A DNA stretch of 64,000 bases from positions 5,513 to 69,512 of the IMG/VR virus record IMGVR_UViG_3300044580_000119, one strand, 5' to 3'. The stretch's first letter is position 1. Every line of letters begins with the position of its first letter. Below are positions 60,060 through 64,000 of this stretch, piece by piece. Origin of the DNA: a virus (lineage: Duplodnaviria > Caudoviricetes). The notes under the pieces were generated by a model that saw only the letters and a program-made list of their open reading frames with translations, searched no databases and had not been told where the DNA came from. Position numbers and translations under genes: made by a program.

Positions 60060-60863
60060 TCAATTTAAATACGCATTCCCACTGAATGCTTGTGTAAAAT
60101 ATACATCTAGTACATTATCATTAATATATGTTATATCACCTATAACTACTTGATTATCCATATCGGTTACCATTACCGATGGCTTCTTTCCTAAATTATG
60201 TATAATATGCCATACATTACTTGCGACCATTTGTGTATGCCAATAATAAGCATCCCCAGAACCACTCGTTCCAGGACTTTTACAAAAATAATAAATATAT
60301 AATGAATCAGGTTCGCCTATTGCAATAGGTGGTATCACAAAGCTAATCACATTATTACCTAATTCATAATAATCTGTATTCAATGTTTGCACTACTCCAT
60401 TCTTGATTACTATGGTAGTTCTATTAAGATAAGACCGTGTAGTTGTGAATGTAACATTTGCACCATCTATTATACCATTCAACGGCTCATTATAAGGCAC
60501 TCCTGCACCATATGCTAATAAATCCTTGCAATAATAATAAATATGTAATAAATCCCGCATTTCATAATTACTAGGTGGTATTGCAAATCTAATAGCATTC
60601 TCACTGATTTCTATATAATCTTCACCTGGTGTCAATACAACCCCGTTTTTAGTAACTATAATTGCATTGGATACATAATTATACGAAGTTATGAAATCAG
60701 TATTTATATTATTCACCTCACCAATTAAATCTTCGTTATATGGTGTAACACTAGTATCTACAAGTTCAGGCAATTGCGACAGAGTAATGAACTCATCAGG
60801 CAATTGTGCTTTCTCACCTGCTACACGAACCCCAAAATCTAATCTTCTATTCAATTCTGCCAT
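60060..60863 (-). CDS. Structural protein with two tandem beta modules plus an HNLG module
   Basis: PYNE.L.G....N..F.T...KNGVV.T...DY.E...IPP...IYY.CK twice. Confidence 0.75.
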   Translation of the reverse strand: MAELNRRLDFGVRVAGEKAQLPDEFITLSQLPELVDTSVTPYNEDLIGEVNNINTDFITSYNYVSNAIIVTKNGVVLTPGEDYIEISENAIRFAIPPSNYEMRDLLHIYYYCKDLLAYGAGVPYNEPLNGIIDGANVTFTTTRSYLNRTTIVIKNGVVQTLNTDYYELGNNVISFVIPPIAIGEPDSLYIYYFCKSPGTSGSGDAYYWHTQMVASNVWHIIHNLGKKPSVMVTDMDNQVVIGDITYINDNVLDVYFTQAFSGNAYLN

Positions 60864-60868
60864 ATATA

Positions 60869-61168
60869 TTATACCTGTGCGAAATTTGCAAATTGTGGTA
60901 ATTGCAATAATGCTAATTCACAAGCCTTTGTAATAGTAAGCATCACAGATTGCGAGCCGTTTCCATATTGAGGATGATTGCAAGGTAAAGCCAATTTTGT
61001 AGTTAAATAATCTTCAACATAAATACCATCATATTTGACAGTATCCCATTCTGTTAGATTATTATAAGTAGTTACGTCTTTGTATCTCTCAATAAAGATT
61101 ATATCAAAGTTTTGTGAAAAGCCTTTCACAATTACATATTCGCTTGTTGTTGAATTTTGTAAAGCCAT
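60869..61168 (-). CDS. Small protein, possible fibre chaperone
   Basis: AAGGAG RBS; follows a fibre gene. Confidence 0.5.
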   Translation of the reverse strand: MALQNSTTSEYVIVKGFSQNFDIIFIERYKDVTTYNNLTEWDTVKYDGIYVEDYLTTKLALPCNHPQYGNGSQSVMLTITKACELALLQLPQFANFAQV

Positions 61169-61192
61169 TATTACTCCTTTATTTTTTAGTTT

Positions 61193-62311
61193 CTAAGATA
61201 ATTTTGTTTCTAAATTTAATGAATACGCAGTAAATAAAGTATCGCCAGGTAAAGTTCCCCCACCTTTAAAATATAATAAATGATGATAATTATCCACTTG
61301 GAAACTCATTGTTACATTATCCATACCTAAATTATATTCAACAAAATTTTCTAATATATCCAAATCAATATCAGTAGCGCTTCGATAAGCAACATATCTA
61401 ATTCGCCAGGCTTTCACGTGATCAGCGTCAAACATTGCGTGCACACGCATATCACCACTTATTATATGTTTTGGCAACATTTCATACCAACCATCTTCTT
61501 CACCATTTAGCATTAATATTGCGCCATAAGGATTGCTTGCCCACGTATGAAAGCGTAATATTGTGAAACGGGTATTATTATTCAAAGAATTAACGAAATC
61601 ACCCGATAAAGCAAATTCACCTACCCGCATAGCATTAGCATAAGCACCGCACGCTATTGCCCCCATCTGACTATTAGTAGTTGCGTTAAATCCTATAGCT
61701 GTACTGACATTAGATCCATTTGTAAAACGACCACCTGCAAAACCATTATTTGAACCATTAGCATAATTACCTATGGTAGTACCGTATACATTACTATTGG
61801 CACTAGAACCTATTGCTATACCCATATTAGAACCTTGTGCATTAACTCCAATATTAATATTATCTTTATTATCAAAAAGCCATTTCGTACCATCCCATCG
61901 GAACTCTACACGTGCTTGTGAATATAAATTACTGTATGTGCGATTTGCATCCCGCACTATTATATATTGATTACCCGAATCTGTACCATTATGAAATATG
62001 ATAAACTTTTGCCCCATCGTTAATCCCGTAGTTGGCAACGTAACAGTGCGAACTAATGATGTTGAGAGTATTTGTATCGGCGGGTCTGACGCTGTAAGTG
62101 TTTTATCCGCCGATAGAAATTGCACATTAACTGCTTCATTAGACCACGATACCCACTGAGTACCATTGTAGTATTTCAATACCTTTTCAGTAGAGTTATA
62201 ATACATTTGTGCTTCTTTAGGTGCTGGACTTGTAGGAGCTGACGCACGCACATCAATTCGTGGCTGTTTCAATATGTTCTGATTCACTTCAATATCTGAT
62301 AATATCTTCAT
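61193..62311 (-). CDS. Fibre/receptor-binding protein with YadA-head-like repeats
   Basis: N-terminus paralogous to 58549-60036; NIG/AIG/TIG/AGG/AIG/ACG repeats at about 13-15 residue spacing. Confidence 0.7.
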   Translation of the reverse strand: MKILSDIEVNQNILKQPRIDVRASAPTSPAPKEAQMYYNSTEKVLKYYNGTQWVSWSNEAVNVQFLSADKTLTASDPPIQILSTSLVRTVTLPTTGLTMGQKFIIFHNGTDSGNQYIIVRDANRTYSNLYSQARVEFRWDGTKWLFDNKDNINIGVNAQGSNMGIAIGSSANSNVYGTTIGNYANGSNNGFAGGRFTNGSNVSTAIGFNATTNSQMGAIACGAYANAMRVGEFALSGDFVNSLNNNTRFTILRFHTWASNPYGAILMLNGEEDGWYEMLPKHIISGDMRVHAMFDADHVKAWRIRYVAYRSATDIDLDILENFVEYNLGMDNVTMSFQVDNYHHLLYFKGGGTLPGDTLFTAYSLNLETKLS

Positions 62312-62332
62312 AATAACTTCATCCTATATTTA
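62308..62332 (-). repeat. Solo copy of the terL-flanking repeat encoding MKLL* overlapped with the fibre start
   Basis: TAAATATAGGATGAAGTTATTATGA. Confidence 0.7.
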
Positions 62333-62351
62333 TAATAACTTCTATATTTTA

Positions 62352-62517
62352 TTAAACAATATTTAAATTTTCTTTCTTTGTTATCCCAAAATAATCCATT
62401 GCTTGCTCATCTCTCTCAAATTCAATCCACCCCACATTTATCCCCTCAGGCGTCCAAGCAGTATTGCAACTTAACATATTCTTTCCCATTTCTATGTTTA
62501 CCTATAATTTCATTCAT
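62352..62517 (-). pseudogene. Possible frameshifted small gene
   Basis: MNEIIGKHRNGKEYV in one frame and SCNTAWTPEGINVGW...NIV in the +1 frame; joined they fill the gap. Confidence 0.35.
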
Positions 62518-62551
62518 TCTTTCTTTCTAATTTGGAAATAATCTATTTTTA

Positions 62552-62977
62552 TTACGGTAGAGTAGACAGTGAGCGTGGATTGTTTGTCGCCGTCACTTTT
62601 AAATAACGGCACGTTGAACCCGTCCCCCTATATTCAAATACCCTAAAATTATAATAAGTATACCTATCTAAACCAGTAACATTAACACTTGTGCCATTCC
62701 CTTTATAAACTACATAAGTATCACCAATTTTATCACCTGAACCATAAACAGAATTAGCAGTATAATCGGTACCGTCACTGGGCTCCACTGTAATTGGTGT
62801 AGCACCTGAACTTGTTCCTTTTTTAATTAAAACTATTGCATTTTGCTCACTTCCTTGTGTCCATCTAATTTGAATACTGTTAGAAGTGCGTGTCACCAGC
62901 ACTATATTGTATGCCTGTGTAGTTGGTAAAGTCTCCAAATCCGATGTTGCCGTATCATTTGAATATAATCTACGCAT
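62552..62977 (-). CDS. Fibronectin type III-like structural protein
   Basis: SIQIRWT.G, VVYKG.GTS..VTGL...TYY.FRVFEY. Confidence 0.75.
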   Translation of the reverse strand: MRRLYSNDTATSDLETLPTTQAYNIVLVTRTSNSIQIRWTQGSEQNAIVLIKKGTSSGATPITVEPSDGTDYTANSVYGSGDKIGDTYVVYKGNGTSVNVTGLDRYTYYNFRVFEYRGTGSTCRYLKVTATNNPRSLSTLP

Positions 62978-63452
62978 TTAATAACTCTCCGCTTACTTGC
63001 CAAATTTGTTTAGAACCGTTATAAATCATACTCATTTCCCTTGCTTTTCCTACACCAATTGACCAAGTTTGACTAGCATAAATATGTCCCGACGGTAATG
63101 TAATTGTAATCGCAGATGTCCCATCGTTTTTAATTCTAAAAGTGTAATATTTCCCAGTTGTTATATTGCTTAAACTAAAACTATCATTAGCACTTAAAGA
63201 CACGACACAATAACTTTTGCCTGATAAATCAATAGTAAGCGACGTCAACCCCGTTGTAAAACTCTCCAATGTAGATATTGTGACCCAACTGCCCTGCCCG
63301 TTAATAAATTTATTAGCATCATTAGGTAATTTAGGCAATAAACCGTGAGCACTTATTGATGCGTTCAAAGTTGTTACATCTGTTAAAGTTAAATCCGCTT
63401 CTGTAATCGATGCGTCTTTAATTTGTGTGCCTGGGATTTGAGTTTCTGCCAT
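62970..63452 (-). CDS. Fibre-like structural protein
   Basis: TQIKDASIT, HGLLPKL, KFINGQGSW motifs. Confidence 0.7.
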   Translation of the reverse strand: MAETQIPGTQIKDASITEADLTLTDVTTLNASISAHGLLPKLPNDANKFINGQGSWVTISTLESFTTGLTSLTIDLSGKSYCVVSLSANDSFSLSNITTGKYYTFRIKNDGTSAITITLPSGHIYASQTWSIGVGKAREMSMIYNGSKQIWQVSGELLNA

Positions 63453-63453
63453 C

Positions 63454-64000
63454 TTAATACCAATAATCTACTATTAATTTTTCACCACTCAAAGGTGCTG
63501 ATAACATTGTGATTGTTGCACCGCTAATTGTATAATCATTACCCGCACCTGCTTGCAATTTTAGACCATTTCTGTATAACTTTTCTGAACCTGAAATTGG
63601 TGTATTTGCAAGTGTAAATGTTACATTACTGCCGTTTATTGTTCCACTTGGAACTTCACCTGGCTGTTCATTTTTGCCCGCTCTATTCCCTGAAATCCAA
63701 CTATCTAATTTACCATTAGCATCTGCAATTGGTATTTTGCCCGCTGCTGCTGTTGTTTGAGCATTCGCAGGGTCTTGAACTACTTTACTTGAAGCGTTTA
63801 ACGACGCATATCCACTCGCTGCACCTTTATTTGCCGAATTTTCAGGGGTGAAACCTAACGCTGCTTGCTTGCTGTTAAACGTGTTCCAATCCGTTGAACT
63901 CAATAAACCTGTTAATGTGCTTGTTGCTACACGTGTTGCGTTTGTGTGTTCTGTTGAAGTTAAGTGATAATACTCACCTGTTGTTCCACCTTGTATTGCA
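63454..64000 (-). CDS. Fibre-like structural protein, 5' end truncated by the window edge
   Basis: Frame open to the edge (AIQGGTTGEYYHLT...GLLSSTDW.TFN.KQ); C-terminal G.INGSN.TFTL..NG....DYT module. Confidence 0.8.
   Translation of the reverse strand, partial: AIQGGTTGEYYHLTSTEHTNATRVATSTLTGLLSSTDWNTFNSKQAALGFTPENSANKGAASGYASLNASSKVVQDPANAQTTAAAGKIPIADANGKLDSWISGNRAGKNEQPGEVPSGTINGSNVTFTLANTPISGSEKLYRNGLKLQAGAGNDYTISGATITMLSAPLSGEKLIVDYWY

Noticed and set aside
43907-61970. Short ORFs inside the ejection, lysis and fibre genes (for example 48616-49173, 47354-47632, 53862-54134)
   Set aside because: Antisense or off-frame products of low-complexity coding sequence
1-64000. Stop-codon reassignment
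   Set aside because: Genes tile densely in the standard code, and TAG, TGA and TAA all end genes at sensible boundaries
58549-64000. Diversity-generating retroelement acting on fibres
   Set aside because: No reverse transcriptase, and I noticed no template/variable repeat pair differing at adenines

Overview
This window is a 64 kb, AT-rich piece of a tailed dsDNA phage genome with podovirus-type architecture. No host genes, intact integrase, CRISPR array or reverse transcriptase are visible. Positions 1-16.2 kb (minus strand) hold the head/neck module: probable TerS, TerL, P22-like portal, scaffold, major capsid protein, five tandem adaptor/ring paralogs, and a large tail nozzle protein running off the left edge. 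Positions 16.4-41 kb hold replication and early genes: SSB, DnaB, RusA, a DnaN beta clamp, a DnaA-domain-IV protein, ERF, a RecE-like nuclease, prim-pol, a DNA methyltransferase, three acidic Ocr-like paralogs, a RAMA-like protein and an antisense tRNA-fMet. Positions 41.3-64 kb (minus strand) hold three probable ejection proteins (up to 3094 aa), lysis genes, a degenerate methyltransferase and fibre genes. TTTG-N19-21-TAnnTTTG promoters suggest a Bacteroidota/FCB-group host. The most unusual signals are non-coding: (1) tandem repeats flanking terL that form an unbroken chain of overlapping mini-ORFs from the terL stop to the portal start; (2) six copies of an exactly spaced ACAATA-N15-CGT promoter-like motif, one apparently driving a small RNA; (3) two inverted copies of a 103-bp element about 22 kb apart. 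All protein calls come from motif recognition by eye; no database search was run.
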